Source of the DNA: an uncultured delta proteobacterium
Lineage (GTDB): Bacteria > Myxococcota_A > UBA9160 > UBA4427
Direction: 5' to 3'
DNA length: 64,000 bases
NCBI GenBank assembly: GCA_963822965.1
Contig: CAWGJT010000010.1
Coordinates: 96,001 to 160,000, forward strand
The notes below the pieces were generated by a model. It did no database searches, was not told the origin of the DNA, and was given only the letters and a program-made list of their open reading frames with translations. Shown here piece after piece: positions 46,276 through 56,163 of this stretch (position 1 is the stretch's first letter; each line of letters begins with the position of its first letter). Position numbers and translations under genes: made by a program.

Positions 46276-46785
46276 ATGCGCTGCTCGAGAGCCACTCTCG
46301 CCCGAGCTGCCGGGCTCCTCGCGGGAACGAGCCTGGTGCTGGCCATGGCGGCCGCGGCGGGCCCGGGCACCGAGCCCGGACCCCTGGCCCTCTCCGACCT
46401 GGACGGAAGCCCCGTCGAGCTCGCCCTCGGGCCGAACGACGCGGCGCTCGTGGTGCACTTCTGGGCCACGTGGTGCCCGTCGTGCGTGGGTGAGCTGCCG
46501 GTGCTCGACGCCGCGGCCCGGACCTGCCCGACATCCGTGCGGGTCGTGGCGGTGAACGTCGCCGAGGACCCGGAGGCGATCCGGGGCTTCCTGATGGATC
46601 TGCCGGGCCCGCATCCGCAGGCTCTGCGCCAGCTGCGGGACGCGACGGGAGACGTGTGGCGCCGCGTGTCGGGACACGGCCTGCCGGTGAACCTGGTCTG
46701 GACGCGGACGGGCGCGCGGGTCGAGCCCGGGCCGCGAGACGCAGCCTCGTGGACGGGGCTCCTCGAGGGGCTCGGCTGTGGTTGA
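46276..46785 (+). CDS. TlpA-family thiol:disulfide oxidoreductase
   Basis: FWATWCPSC..ELP and GLP motifs, signal peptide. Confidence 0.88.
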   Translation: MRCSRATLARAAGLLAGTSLVLAMAAAAGPGTEPGPLALSDLDGSPVELALGPNDAALVVHFWATWCPSCVGELPVLDAAARTCPTSVRVVAVNVAEDPEAIRGFLMDLPGPHPQALRQLRDATGDVWRRVSGHGLPVNLVWTRTGARVEPGPRDAASWTGLLEGLGCG

Positions 46786-46899
46786 ACAATGCCCGGGAAG
46801 TCGCCGGTTGTTCAGCGGAATCCGACGACGTACCCGCCGATTTCGAGGCGGCTCGAACTCGCGGGTTCGACGAAGCGCGCACAGGCGTAGACTGGCCCC

Positions 46900-49728
46900 A
46901 TGCACCCGCACACGGCCGGACGGCTGTTCGTCGTAGCTGCTGTCCTCTCGATCTTCCTGCCCGGCGAGGCCGTGCCGCCGGGGACCTCGGGGCCCGCATC
47001 GGTGCCGGGGATCGTCGCGCCCGGACGTGCATCGGTCGCCCCGCCCGGGGTGGGCGCGAACGCTTCGGCGTCCCGGTCGACCGCGACCACCGCGGGTGGG
47101 GGTGCCGTCGCGTCGCGGGCTCCGGGCGCGCCGCGGCCGGGCCTGCGTCCCGTCCCGGAAGCGATCCGCGCGCGTGCGGTGGCCGCGGCCCGGGCGGCGT
47201 CGCACCCGCGCGCGCCCTTCGAGCGCCGTTCGCGGTCGACGGGCCGCGTGCTGCGCGCGCTGCAAACCGCCGACCTGATGCGGATCGAGCCGCCGGGGCT
47301 CCTCGCATCATCCCGGGAACACGTCGTCCACGACACCTACCGGCTCTACAAGGACGGGCTTCCGGTCTTCAACCGGACGGGTCGGGTACACCGGCGGGAC
47401 GACCGGGTCTTCGCGCAGACCGGCAAGCTCGGAATTCCGCCGCTGGCGGCCGGCAGTGCGTCCCTGTCCGCCGCACAGGCGATCGAGGCGGCGCTCGCGG
47501 CGGTTCCCGGCCGGGGCCAGCGCGCCCCTCCGGAGAGCGAGCGCGGCTGGCTCGCCACCCCGCAAGGCACGCTGCCGATCTGGCAGGTGACCCTCGCCAT
47601 GGCGGAGCCGCTGGGCACCTGGCTGGTGCGGGTCGATGCGCGCGACGGTGCCGTCCTGAGCGCCGACGACCTGATCCGCACCGCCACCGGCAGCGGGCTC
47701 CTGTACCCCGAGAACGCCGTGACCACCCCCGTCCCCGTCGCGCTGCCGCTCTTCGATCTCGACGGCGGCGGGTTCCTGCAGGGGCGCGTCACCCAGGTCT
47801 TCGACGTTCGCGAGCTCGAAGCCTACCGGCCGGACGGGGTCTTCGATTTCGGCACCACCGATCCCCGCTTCGTACAGACCAGCGTCTACCGGGGGCTCAC
47901 CGACGCCGCGCGCTACGCGGAGGCGCACGGGCTGGCGCCTCTCGACCAGCGCGTGCTCGCCTTCACCAATCTCTTAGGGGGTCCCGGCGACGAGCAGTTC
48001 AACAACGCCTACTACGACCCGTTCTTCCCGATCTTCGGCTTCGGCAACGGCGACGGCACCATCACGGCCAACCTCGGCACCGACGTGGACGTCGCGATCC
48101 ACGAGATGGGCCACCACGTCTTCGCCGAGCTGGTGGACCCGACGGGCTCCAGCACCCTGCAATCCGCCGCGGCCCTCAACGAGGGCTTCGCGGACACCCT
48201 GGCCGCCTTCGTGAACGACGACCCGGAGATCGGAGAGTCCACGATCCCCGGCCAGCCGTTCCTGCGCTCGCTGGACAACGGCGCGGTGTGGCCCGACGAC
48301 ACCGACCTCGACCCGCACGTGGAGGGCCTGATCTACGGCGGTCTCGACTGGGACCTGCGCAACGCCCTCGGCAACGATCTCGCCGCCGACATCGTGATCG
48401 CGAGCCTTCCCTTCCTCGACCCGGACGACGACTTTCCCGCCCAGGCCTACCGCGAGGCGCTGCTGCAGGGCGGTCAGGTGGTGAACGGCGGCGCGACGAA
48501 TGAGACGATTCGTACGCTGGCCGACGCGCGGGGCATCGTCGCCCGAGAGCAGCTCGACTTCCAGGGCTACCTCGAAGAGGGAAGCCCCGTCACGGAGAGC
48601 CTCCTGGACCAGGAGTTCCGGGTCTACCTCTTCTCCGAGTTCCCGGGCTCTCGCCGCGTCACCTTCACGATGACCGGCACCGGCGACGCCGATCTCCTGG
48701 TGGCTCCGGTCTCGCTCTTCGATCCCAACGATCCCAGCACCTACTTCTTCCCCGGGCTCAACGGCTCGAACGAGACGGTCAGCGTCACGGGGTCCACCCA
48801 CCCCTCGGTGAACGACGACGACGTGTGGCTCGTCGTCGTCCAGGACTACCCCAACGGGCAGCCGAGCAGCGCGCAGTTGAGCGTCAGCTCGCTGCTGCCG
48901 CTCCCCTCGATCTCCGAGGGCGGCTCCTATACCGGCACCATCGCCCAGGGAGGCGACATCGAGTTCATCACGTTCCTGGGTGCCGCGGGTCAGATCGTCC
49001 GGCTCGAGGCCCACGCCCTCAGCGAGAGCCTCGACGTCGCCGTGGCCGTCTTCGAGCCGCGCACCATCGAGATCTACGGGGCCGACGACGATTCGGGAGA
49101 GGGCACCGACTCGCTGATCCAGGGCGCGCTGCTGCCGGAGACGAAGGCCTACGGCATCGCGATCTTCTCTCTCGTGGCCGACGTCGACCCGACGATCGGT
49201 GCGGGCGACTTCCGACTGGATCTCTCCCTGTGCCCGAACACCGGGCCCGACTCCGACGGCGACGGGCTGGCCGACGAGTGCGACGACGACGACGACGACG
49301 ACACCTTCGTCGATTCGAACGACAGCGCCCCGCTCGATCCACTGCTCTGCCAGGACGTCGAGGGCGACGGCTGCGACGACTGCGTCAGCGGAAGCTTCGC
49401 GCCCTTCGACGACGGACCGAACGCAGACGGCGACCACCTCTGCGACGCGGGCGACCCCGACGACGACAACGACGGCTGCGAGGACGGGATCGACCCGTAT
49501 CCCTTCTCGCCGAGCGTCGACGACGACGTCGACTTCGTGGGGAGCGACTGCGACAACTGCCCCGAGGCGTTCAATCCGGGACAGGTGGACTTCGACCAGG
49601 ACGGTCTGGGCGACGCGTGCGACCCGACGCCGATGCCGGAGCCGAACGCGGGCCTCCTGGGGGCGATGGCGATCGGCGTGGCGGCCTGGCTTCGGGCCCG
49701 GCGCGCCGGCGCGCGCTCCGGGTCGTGA
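46900..49728 (+). CDS. Secreted thermolysin-like (M4/M36) metallopeptidase with PPC domains, TSP3 repeats and PEP-CTERM tail
   Basis: FTP/PepSY-like propeptide, NNAYY, HEMGH, NEGFAD; GTGDADL; DxDGDG..D.CD repeats; MPEP + TM + RARR. Confidence 0.88.
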   Translation: MHPHTAGRLFVVAAVLSIFLPGEAVPPGTSGPASVPGIVAPGRASVAPPGVGANASASRSTATTAGGGAVASRAPGAPRPGLRPVPEAIRARAVAAARAASHPRAPFERRSRSTGRVLRALQTADLMRIEPPGLLASSREHVVHDTYRLYKDGLPVFNRTGRVHRRDDRVFAQTGKLGIPPLAAGSASLSAAQAIEAALAAVPGRGQRAPPESERGWLATPQGTLPIWQVTLAMAEPLGTWLVRVDARDGAVLSADDLIRTATGSGLLYPENAVTTPVPVALPLFDLDGGGFLQGRVTQVFDVRELEAYRPDGVFDFGTTDPRFVQTSVYRGLTDAARYAEAHGLAPLDQRVLAFTNLLGGPGDEQFNNAYYDPFFPIFGFGNGDGTITANLGTDVDVAIHEMGHHVFAELVDPTGSSTLQSAAALNEGFADTLAAFVNDDPEIGESTIPGQPFLRSLDNGAVWPDDTDLDPHVEGLIYGGLDWDLRNALGNDLAADIVIASLPFLDPDDDFPAQAYREALLQGGQVVNGGATNETIRTLADARGIVAREQLDFQGYLEEGSPVTESLLDQEFRVYLFSEFPGSRRVTFTMTGTGDADLLVAPVSLFDPNDPSTYFFPGLNGSNETVSVTGSTHPSVNDDDVWLVVVQDYPNGQPSSAQLSVSSLLPLPSISEGGSYTGTIAQGGDIEFITFLGAAGQIVRLEAHALSESLDVAVAVFEPRTIEIYGADDDSGEGTDSLIQGALLPETKAYGIAIFSLVADVDPTIGAGDFRLDLSLCPNTGPDSDGDGLADECDDDDDDDTFVDSNDSAPLDPLLCQDVEGDGCDDCVSGSFAPFDDGPNADGDHLCDAGDPDDDNDGCEDGIDPYPFSPSVDDDVDFVGSDCDNCPEAFNPGQVDFDQDGLGDACDPTPMPEPNAGLLGAMAIGVAAWLRARRAGARSGS

Positions 49729-49761
49729 CGGGAAGCGGGCGGGCCCGAGGCCGTCGCCGGA

Positions 49762-51255
49762 TCAGGGCGTCCCGTTCAGGCACTGGGCCGGGACCGCGGA
49801 GAAGATCGTTCGCAGGTCGGCCATCACGTCGGCCGTCTCCCACATCGAGGCGGCGGTCGCCGTCTTGATCCGGTCCTGCATGGGCCAGGGCCAGAGCTTC
49901 TCGGGGGTGACGACGCCGTCCACGGTCCGATAGCACACGGAGGCCCCCGGACCGCCCGGTGTATAGATGTCGAGGCCGAGCTCCGCCTGGGGGGCCCGGT
50001 CCTGGTTCGGGCCCCCCCGCCAGTCGCTCTTGATGAAGTCGCGGCCCCGGCCGCCGCGCAGGGTCATGTCGTCGTAGACGAGCGGGGCCTCGCGGCGATC
50101 GTCGCCCCGACTCCACGAGCAGCCCCGCGGATATTGGATCGGGTCGTCGTCACAGTTCTGGAGCGAGAGACGGGCGCCCCGCGAGTCGGCGCGCAGCCAC
50201 ACGACCACATCGTCCAGGGTGACCCCCTTCATGCCCTTGTTCGGGAACGCTCCCGCGCCGCCGACTCGGACGCCGTGGTTTGCAATCAGCTTCGAGCTGG
50301 GGAGGTCGTAGACGATGCTGCCCAGGATCCGCATTCCCACCGTGAATCGGTCTCGTCCGGGAGGGATCCACGAGGCGCCGGTATGGGTCTCGCCGTCCGT
50401 GGTGACGATCTGCGGGTGGTCCGCGTAGTCCGCGGGCTGCAGCCGGGTATCGGGACTCCCGCCGACGGTCGCCAGGACGTTCTCGCAGAGGACGTCGAAG
50501 CTCTGGTACTGGCAGCTGACGGCCTTGAGGTTCGACGACGCGATCCATGGCCAGTTGCCTTCGATGCGGGCCCAGACGCGACGCAAGGTGGCATGCGTGC
50601 TCTTGTAGACCTCGATGGCCTTCCGCCCCCGGCCGAAGGCGGCCACGTCCTCGAGCAGGACGCGGTCGGTGTTCGAGATGGAGAAGACGTGGACGTTCTC
50701 GCTGGTGACCTTCTCGTAGCTGGGCTTGTCGGTCGCCAGCACGCACGGGTCGGCGGCGCACGGGATCGGGTCCTTGTAGGCCACCACGCGCCGGAGGATC
50801 ACGTCCGTCGTCCGGCTGGGCGTTTTCGGTGCTCCGATCGAGACGGTCACCGCCGCCTGGGAGCGCACGTCGATGCCCGAGACGATCCACCAGGATCCCC
50901 GGAGCTGCAGGGGGAGGTGCTCCGTTCCCCCGTCGATCAGGACGCGGCCGTCGCGCTCGGCGTGCACGTGGAGCGGCGTCTCCTTGCTTCCCCCTCGACC
51001 TTTCCGGGGGCGCAGCATGGAGCTCGCGCCGCGGTACGTCCCGTCGAGGAGCACGAGCTCGCCATCGTCCGGCGGGGAGGACAGGAAGTCGGCGATCGAG
51101 TACGGCTCCGCGCGGGTGCCCGCGCCGCCCACCCGGCCCCACGTGCCGCCGTACGGAATCTCGCCCCTGTCGGCCTCGATCGGCGCGGCATAGGTGCGCG
51201 CGAGGGCGGGCGTGGACACCAGGCCCAGGATCAGCGCGGCCGCCATGTGCTTCAT
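49762..51255 (-). CDS. Secreted right-handed beta-helix (pectin-lyase-like) protein
   Basis: Signal peptide; G....PY.I, LLDGTY, P..V.AE.DG.V.IDG, repeated V.LRRV.A strands. Confidence 0.7.
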   Translation of the reverse strand: MKHMAAALILGLVSTPALARTYAAPIEADRGEIPYGGTWGRVGGAGTRAEPYSIADFLSSPPDDGELVLLDGTYRGASSMLRPRKGRGGSKETPLHVHAERDGRVLIDGGTEHLPLQLRGSWWIVSGIDVRSQAAVTVSIGAPKTPSRTTDVILRRVVAYKDPIPCAADPCVLATDKPSYEKVTSENVHVFSISNTDRVLLEDVAAFGRGRKAIEVYKSTHATLRRVWARIEGNWPWIASSNLKAVSCQYQSFDVLCENVLATVGGSPDTRLQPADYADHPQIVTTDGETHTGASWIPPGRDRFTVGMRILGSIVYDLPSSKLIANHGVRVGGAGAFPNKGMKGVTLDDVVVWLRADSRGARLSLQNCDDDPIQYPRGCSWSRGDDRREAPLVYDDMTLRGGRGRDFIKSDWRGGPNQDRAPQAELGLDIYTPGGPGASVCYRTVDGVVTPEKLWPWPMQDRIKTATAASMWETADVMADLRTIFSAVPAQCLNGTP

Positions 51256-51328
51256 GGAACGGGGCTCGTCATGGCTGGACTCGATTCCCGGTGGTGCGCG
51301 GACGGAGGGCCGTCGCCGGCTGCACGCG

Positions 51329-52474
51329 TCAGGCCCCGCGGCTCGGATCGACCAGGTACTTCTCGCCCGTCGCCTGTCTTCCGTATTCGGCGAGGGCCTC
51401 CGGCCGGAGCGCCTCCGCCAGCGATACCTCGCGGGTGTAGTGACTGGCGAAGGTCGACTTGATCTCGCGGGCGACACGTTCCCGCAGGTGCTGGCCGGCC
51501 TCCAGGCCGATCCGCTGCAGGAAGTTCAGCAGCAGCCAGCCGCCCACGCCCCAGGCCATGCCGTAGCTCCGCGTGAGCAGGGTAGGGGAGCGGTCGAGGG
51601 CGCCGTACACGTAGACCTGCTTGTAGGTGGTGGAGCCGTAGCGGCTGTACTCCCGAGCCGACCGACCGGCGGCGATCTCCATGGCCGCGAGGATCTGGCT
51701 CGCGAGCGTTCCGCCTCCCACGGCGTCGAAGGCCAGGGTGGCACCGGTCGAGGCCAGGGCGTCCACGAGGTGGTCCTCGAAGCCGGGCTCGCTCGAGTTG
51801 CAGACGAACTTCGCCCCGAGGCGCTCGAGGAGCTCGACCTGGTGAGGCTTGCGCACGATGTTCACGAGGGGAACGCCGTCGGCGTTGCACAGCTTGTTCA
51901 GCATCTGGCCCAGGTTCGAGGCGGCGGCGGTGTGCACCAGCGCCTTGTGGCCTTCGAGCTTCATGGTCTCGACCATGCCGAGGGCGGTGAGCGGATTCAC
52001 GAAGCAGGAGGCGCCCTCGGCGGGCGTCGTGCCCTGGGGAAGCTCGAGGCAGAAGGCCGCCGGCATGCAGCGGTACTGCGCGTACATCCCGCCGCCGAAG
52101 CAGGCGACGGTCTTGCCCAGGAGCGCCTGCGCGGCGGGAGACGATCCCGCCTTCACCACCACCCCGGCACCTTCGTTGCCCACGGGCATCGCCTGGTCGA
52201 CGCGGCCGGCCACCGAGCGCATCAGCGGTGCCGGCACCTTCGCGGTGACGACGGGGCGATCGGGGCTGCCGCCCACCCGGGCGGTTCCCATGTCGGCGGG
52301 GCCGAAGAGGAGCCCCATGTCCGAGGGGTTGATCGGCGAGGCCTCGACCCGGATCAGCACCCGGTCGTCGCCGGGCTCGGGTACCTCGACGAGAGCCAGG
52401 GAGATCTCGAGCGTGGCGTCCTTCCGGATGGTGGACTGCATCTGCAGGGCGGTGGCGGGGATCGCGGGGGGCAT
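51329..52474 (-). CDS. Medium-chain (zinc-binding-like) dehydrogenase / NADH oxidase
   Basis: ASPINPSD, GNEGAG, FVNPLTA, HTAAASNLG, FDAVGGG. Confidence 0.9.
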   Translation of the reverse strand: MPPAIPATALQMQSTIRKDATLEISLALVEVPEPGDDRVLIRVEASPINPSDMGLLFGPADMGTARVGGSPDRPVVTAKVPAPLMRSVAGRVDQAMPVGNEGAGVVVKAGSSPAAQALLGKTVACFGGGMYAQYRCMPAAFCLELPQGTTPAEGASCFVNPLTALGMVETMKLEGHKALVHTAAASNLGQMLNKLCNADGVPLVNIVRKPHQVELLERLGAKFVCNSSEPGFEDHLVDALASTGATLAFDAVGGGTLASQILAAMEIAAGRSAREYSRYGSTTYKQVYVYGALDRSPTLLTRSYGMAWGVGGWLLLNFLQRIGLEAGQHLRERVAREIKSTFASHYTREVSLAEALRPEALAEYGRQATGEKYLVDPSRGA

Positions 52475-52531
52475 GGTCCTTCCTTTCCTCGTCGTCTTCC
52501 TTGTCGTCACGGTGTCGTCACGGTCGGGATC

Positions 52532-53773
52532 TCAGAATCGAAGGTCGACCCGGCCGCCGTTCGAGACCTGGCAGGTGCCGGTGCCGCCTCCGCCCAGACC
52601 GGTCGCGGGATCGTTCAGGCGGATCTGGCAGCGCATGGCGCTGCCGCGATCGCCCGTGAGGCTCGCGAGCATCCTGCCGGTGTAGAAGCGGGCGAAGTCG
52701 CCGAACGAGATCCCGGTGGCGGTCCACTCGCCGTCGGGACCCTCGCCCCACGCCGCCCACTGCGGATCCGACCAGCCGTCGTAGATGCCCATGACCAGGT
52801 CGTCGTGGAGGGACTTCTCCATCTGCACGTAGCGGCCGTGGAACTGCTCGCCTCCCTTTCCCAGGGTGGTGGACAGCGTGCCGCGGGTGCTGCTCTGGGC
52901 TTCGAAGCTGAACGGCACCTCCTGGACAGGACCCTGGGGCGGGGTCCAGCGCGCGGGAAGCATGCCGGTCTTCTCCGAGCGGGCGTCCACCGCCGTCGTC
53001 TCCGGGGCGCCTTCCGGGGCACCGCACCGGGGGAAGGCCTGTTGGATCGCCTGGTCGCGCTGCCGGATGCCGGCGCTGAGACACGGCGGGTCGGTGCACT
53101 CCCCCTCGAGCTCGCTCCGCCACGCCTGCTCCTGCGCGACGAGCGCGCCGCGCGGGTCGGGGGGCAGCGTCTGCTTGCAGGTCTCGAAGACGCGTCGATG
53201 CCGCGCCTCGAGCGCCTGCAGCTCGCGCGCCTGGCACGCGCTCTGCTCCGAATCCGTCTCGAGGGCGTCGCAGTCCACCTCGACGGACGCCTGGGCTCCG
53301 GCGGTTCGCGCCTCACCGGCGTTCTGGGCGGCGTTCTGGGCGTCGAAGGAGGGCCCGGGTGCGCCGGCGCCCGCGGCGGTCAGGCTGCGGAAGGGCTCGG
53401 ACTGCAGCACCGCCCGCGCCTCGGGCGATCCGATCTCCCCGAGCAGGGCCTCGATCTGGAACAGATTGGCGGAGCCGCAGTTCCACCAGATGGTCGTGCG
53501 GAGAAGCCGGGCCTGCCGCGGGTCCTGCTTCAGGCGGAAGCGGTAGAGACGTGCCAGCGCCTCGGCGTCCCGGACGAAGCCGCTGCAGTTTCCGCTCATG
53601 AGATCCTGGGAGCAGAGACGGTAGTCCTCGTCGATGGCCGGGCAGACGTCGGTCGGCTCCGCGACGAGCTCCTCCTGCGCGTGGCCGGCGCCCGGAGAGA
53701 GCAGGAGGGCCAGCAGGGCCAGACCCAGGATCGTTCCCACGCCCGCCAGGGCTGTCCGGCTCTCGCCTCGCAC
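52532..53773 (-). CDS. Secreted multidomain protein with a central LprI (DUF1311)-like domain
   Basis: Signal peptide; DC.A..TD.EQ.AC..EL..L.A...L...L.A..QAW..E...C..C. Confidence 0.65.
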   Translation of the reverse strand: MRGESRTALAGVGTILGLALLALLLSPGAGHAQEELVAEPTDVCPAIDEDYRLCSQDLMSGNCSGFVRDAEALARLYRFRLKQDPRQARLLRTTIWWNCGSANLFQIEALLGEIGSPEARAVLQSEPFRSLTAAGAGAPGPSFDAQNAAQNAGEARTAGAQASVEVDCDALETDSEQSACQARELQALEARHRRVFETCKQTLPPDPRGALVAQEQAWRSELEGECTDPPCLSAGIRQRDQAIQQAFPRCGAPEGAPETTAVDARSEKTGMLPARWTPPQGPVQEVPFSFEAQSSTRGTLSTTLGKGGEQFHGRYVQMEKSLHDDLVMGIYDGWSDPQWAAWGEGPDGEWTATGISFGDFARFYTGRMLASLTGDRGSAMRCQIRLNDPATGLGGGGTGTCQVSNGGRVDLRF

Positions 53774-53951
53774 GCGGGCAGGCTAGCAGAGGGCCAGGGC
53801 CCCGCCGGGATTCCCTCGTTCCATCGGGCGAGGCGTCTCGACGCCGCCCCGGCACGCCTGCTCCCGAGTCCGGATTCGATGTGGACTTTTGGGTCGCTCC
53901 CGGACCATGATGGCCCCCTGGAGCTGTTCCGCTTCTCGAGGAGGGGCCACG

Positions 53952-55401
53952 ATGAGAACCGCACTGTTGCCGACTTCGGGTGCCGCCCTGCTGTGGACCG
54001 CGTTGCTGTCGATGATCGCCGGACCGGCGCTCGCCTACTATCCGCCGGAGAAGGAGGTGCCCCAGGACACCCGCGAGTTCTTCGTCGACGAGGCGAAGCT
54101 GCCCTTCGACGCCTTGCCCGGGCTGCCCTCGACCCGCTACTGGGGCATCGACGAAGGCGCCGGCTACCGCATCGAGGTGCCGGACAGCTGGAACGGCGAT
54201 CTCGTCGTCTACACCCACGGCTACCGCGGGAACGGCCCCGAGCTCACGGTCGACAGTCCGCCCCTGCGCCAGTACTACCTCGCACTCGGCTACGCCTGGC
54301 TGGCTTCGAGCTACTCCAAGAACTACTACGACGTGCGCGCCGGCGTAGAGAGCACGAACAGTCTCGTGCGCTACTTCAAGCACAACATCGCCGAGCCGAA
54401 TCGCACCTACATCACCGGCTTCTCCATGGGCGGGCACGTGATCGGCGCGGCCATCGAGCAGTTCCCGAACTTCGCGTGCGGACACGGTCGCGGAGGAGCG
54501 ATCTGCCAGCGACTGGTGGATCTGCTGGGCAAGCTGTCGGGTGGCGTCAAGTACGACGGCGCGGCGCCGCACTGCGGCGTGATGGGCGACGAGGCGCTCT
54601 TCGACTACTTCGGCGACTTCTCGTACGGCGCCGAGACCCTGGCCGGAGCGCCCTCGGAGTTCCCGCCGCCGCCGGACTACTTCGACCGCATCTTCCTGCC
54701 GACGATCTCCGCGCTCTACGTGAACCCGTTCGACCTGCTGAGCGGGAACGGATCCACCGCCGTCCCGAACGCGCTCGGGGAGAAGCTGCGGACCTACACG
54801 GTCCAGATCTCGGGTGGGCCGAGGCCCCTCGCCACCACCGCCTTCCCGTACTTCCAGCAGCTGCTCTTCAGCTTCAGCGGCTCCGACGGCACCGTGGACG
54901 GCATCGTCTCGGGCAACATCTACGACAACCGGAAGCGCGCGTACCAGCTCGACGCGGATCCGGCCGTCTCGGCCGAAGAGGAGGCCTTCAACGACGCAAT
55001 CCTGCGCGTCCGGCGCGACCCGGGCGTGAACCCGCGCCAGCTCCTGCACGTCGAGCGGGTTCCCCTCATCACGGGTCGCATCGACCTGCCGGTCCTCTCC
55101 GATCCACACGACGGGCGATCTCTTCGTGCCGTTCTCCATGGAGCAGATCTACGCGCGGGACGTGGCCAAGCAGCATCGCTCGAAGAACCTGGTGAGCCGG
55201 GCGACGCGCGCCATCGGCCACTGCGAGTTCTCGCCGGAAGAGCTGATCGAGACCTTCGACGATCTGGTCTCGTGGGTGGAGGATGGCGTGCGGCCCGCGG
55301 GCGACGACATCCTCGACCCGGCGAACCTGGCCGATCCGCTCTTCGGCTGCGGGTTCTCGCGCGGCACGACGGCGAGCCGCCCGCTCGCGCCCTGTCCGTA
55401 G
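53952..55401 (+). pseudogene. Secreted alpha/beta hydrolase (tannase/DUF6351-like) with +1 frameshift (~55100); probably intact in vivo
   Basis: IEVP..WNG.LV.Y.HGY, GFSMGG; continues IHTTGDLFVP...GHCEF in the next frame. Confidence 0.8.
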
Positions 55402-55445
55402 GCCGTTCGCGCCCGCTGGCTGGGGCGCGCGGCGTACGACGGGAG

Positions 55446-55510
55446 GGCGGCTCGGGAGGCCGACCCCGGAAGGGTCGGCTCGCGCCGCAGACGCCTCCGA
55501 GCGGCTCGCC
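55446..55510. repeat. REP-like hairpin element (copy D) between convergent genes
   Basis: aggccgaccccggaagggtcggctcgcgccgca (55457-55489) differs from 31830-31862 at 3 positions. Confidence 0.75.
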
Positions 55511-55512
55511 GG

Positions 55513-56157
55513 TCAGTCGTCGGGTGCCTGCCGTCCGGCGGCCTCCAGGTCGGCCTCCGCGGCCTCGAGCAGCGCGCGCGAGGCCGCTTCGTCCACCTCG
55601 GCCTGCTCCAGAGCCGCAGCCCGGGGCAGGAACCGGTCGAGCACCGGGTTGAAGCGCTCCATCCCCTCGAAGGCGTGCTTCGCCGGGTCCTCGCCCCGGG
55701 CTTCGAGCTCGCTGACGTAGCGCTCGAGCTCCGCCACGTCCCGCTCGCTCTCGTCGAGGTCGCGTTGGGCGCGGTCGAGCGCGTCGAGCGCCTCTTCGTG
55801 GGCGGCGCGGGCGGAGGCCACCGCCTCCTCGGCCTGGGCGACGGGATCCTGGCTCGCCGCGTGTGCCCCGGGCGATGCCGGCACACCGCGTGAGACGGGG
55901 GCGGTTCCGGGCGAGGCGGACGAAGTCGCTCGCGGCAAGGCGGACGAAGTCGCTCGCGGCAAGGCGGACGAAGTCGCCCGCGGCAAGGCGGACGAAGTCG
56001 CTCGCGGCAAGGCGGACGAAGTCGTTCCGGTCGGGGATGGAGCGGCCCCGGGCGGGATCTCGTCGGGCCGTGTCGCATGCAGGACCCGAAGCGCCAGCAG
56101 GCCGCCGACGGCGAGCACCACCAGGACTCCCGCTGCGAGAAGCGCTCGTCGCCGCAT
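55513..56157 (-). CDS. Membrane-anchored coiled-coil hypothetical protein
   Basis: N-terminal TM helix, repeat linker, heptad-rich C-terminus. Confidence 0.65.
   Translation of the reverse strand: MRRRALLAAGVLVVLAVGGLLALRVLHATRPDEIPPGAAPSPTGTTSSALPRATSSALPRATSSALPRATSSALPRATSSASPGTAPVSRGVPASPGAHAASQDPVAQAEEAVASARAAHEEALDALDRAQRDLDESERDVAELERYVSELEARGEDPAKHAFEGMERFNPVLDRFLPRAAALEQAEVDEAASRALLEAAEADLEAAGRQAPDD
55915..56024. repeat. In-frame 24-bp tandem repeat (TSSALPRA, about 4.6x)
   Basis: ggcggacgaagtcgctcgcggcaa units. Confidence 0.93.
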
Positions 56158-56163
56158 CGGGCG

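Noticed and set aside
51194..55195. 1333-aa plus-strand ORF and other long alternative-frame ORFs (e.g. 10252-13170, 27009-29684, 32566-35430, 59462-62110)
   Set aside because: Shadow ORFs expected at high GC; Arg/Pro/Gly-rich, motif-free and overlapping well-supported genes.
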